Positions 50,958 through 52,612 of a stretch of DNA of 52,612 nt are shown one piece after another. Source of the DNA: Paraspadella gotoi (lineage: Eukaryota; Animalia; Chaetognatha); NCBI GenBank assembly GCA_051294375.1, contig CM119271.1, positions 6,239,905 to 6,292,516 of the forward strand, in the 5' to 3' direction. How positions within the stretch are numbered: position 1 is the stretch's first letter; each line of letters opens with the position of its first letter. The notes under the pieces were generated by a model that worked only from the letters and a program-made list of their open reading frames with translations, was not told the DNA's origin and did not search any database. Position numbers and translations under genes: made by a program.

Positions 50958-52501
50958 CGTCGTCGACTTTGTCCTGACATCTCCGTGGGGACCGGATTTA
51001 TCCGTTTTTAATTCAGGTTTCATTATCTTTAACTTATGCAAAGTCGCAAAGACTGGATACAATAGAGAGTTTGCCGATTCGCTCGTTGTTGTTGTTGTTG
51101 TTCCCGTCCTTTCGTCGTTGTCGATATCCCTTCGTCGTCGTCGTTGTTGTTATACTCCCTCGCCTAGATATTTTTGAATTACCTTTTATCTTCCCAGCAA
51201 CAGTTAGTGGAAGACAGTCTGACAATCGACGCTAGACAGGAGACGCAACACAATTAACCATTCTTTTTTTTTTTTTTTTTGCATTCTGGACGATCGAATA
51301 AAATTATTTTTAAATACAATTTTTTTAAAGAATTCGTTCTTGGTAAATGACAGATGCTATTGATAATTGATATTTGTTTTTAAAAAAAGGTTTTAGGTAC
51401 TAATATATAACTCTAGTTTCAAAGTTGAGAAAGAAAACAGAAAAAAAAGAAGAAAATTTTCTTTAATTTTTTCGATTTTTGACGCGGAATTTTTCCTTCC
51501 CTGAATTCTCCCGTCTTCGCGAGTCGAGGTGGCCCCCGCCGACGTGGCCCGGGGGCTGCCAGTTTAGTGGGCGTGGCTTCGTCTCAGGCAGCACCCGGCA
51601 CCCGTGGCCTTGAGACCTACGAGGGCGATGGCGGAATGACGTCACTCGCGTCTCGTCAGATGGCGCTTTTTTTTTTCTCGAAAGCGGAAGAGTTTCAAAA
51701 CCAGACATGGACGGGCAGAAGACTGAAGCTTCCATTGAGATTATAAATATAAATAGAATTACCGGAAAATATGACGACTCGCATATTCCTAAAAGGCGAG
51801 AACGTCGACGAGAAATGAGTATTCATATTCATTAAGTTGCAAGATAAAAATGCGTTTTCCCCTTAATTAGCCCATCGGTTCAGTGAGATAGTTTACTCAA
51901 GTTGCCTTTGCGTTCTGTCAGCCAAGACCGTTAGGCTCGAATAGGAAACGTTATTCGGTGAATTAAAGCACGCCTATACAACGAGAAGAGATTATTAACT
52001 ACTAGTTTTATTACTCATAACATGAATGTCGCATTGTTATATATGGAATAAAGAAAAAAAACGAAAATGCATATTTAAATTATATATAATCTGGTGCGCT
52101 TCATAATTTCGCTTCGGGCCTGCTTCAATATCTCTTTCTCTTTTNNNNNNNNNNNNNNNNNNNNNNNNNNNNNNNNNNNNNNNNNNNNNNNNNNNNNNNN
52201 NNNNNNNNNNNNNNNNNNNNNNNNNNNNNNNNCGTCGTCGTCGTCGTCGACGCCGTCGTCTATCGACATCGTCGTCGTCATCTACATCGTTTCTCATCAT
52301 TGTTGTTCGCGATCGTCGTCATCGTCGTTCGTCGTCTTCATCAACATCGTTCACCATCATTGTCATCGTTCATCATCATTGTCATCGTTCATCATCATTG
52401 TCGTCACTGCCGTTTTTTTGTTGTTGTCGCTCGTTGTCACCATTTGTCTCTGTTGTCATTCGTCGTCATTCAACTTTTGTCTTCATCTTCATCATTGTTG
52501 T

Positions 52502-52612
52502 CATAGCTCGACGTTCGTCTTCAACTTCGTCGTCGTCGTTTTCATTGCTCGACGTTCGTCTTCAACTTTGTCGTCATTGTCATTGCTCGACGTTCGTCTT
52601 CAACTTCGTCGT
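52502..52612. repeat. ~38-41-bp tandem repeat running off the window end
   Basis: CAT(A/T)GCTCGACGTTCGTCTTCAACTT(C/T)GTCGT at 52502, 52543 and 52581. Confidence 0.8.

Overview
Gappy eukaryotic draft scaffold, most likely an invertebrate animal: spliceosomal GT-AG introns, an Ig-domain gene, and no obvious CpG depletion. It is dominated by (AG)n, (GAC)n and (GCC)n microsatellites, which explain almost every ORF in the track. The only well-supported protein-coding signal is the 5' part of a minus-strand immunoglobulin-superfamily gene. Its signal-peptide exon (43771-43966) splices in phase 1 across a ~15.7 kb intron to an exon encoding Ig I-set strands A'-C (27967-28064); later exons are not visible and may lie in gaps or outside the window. 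The rest is intronic or intergenic and carries small mobile-element relics: a hammerhead-ribozyme core beside a degraded GIY-YIG-like motif (Penelope-like), a Helentron/DINE-1-like element, MITE-like palindromes (some with telomere-like interiors), a tRNA-like SINE head and several minisatellites. About 9 kb is redundant, error-rich sequence next to N gaps, five of which are exactly 25 N, consistent with long-read gap-fill extensions pasted in flipped orientation. I found no convincing novel multi-gene system.
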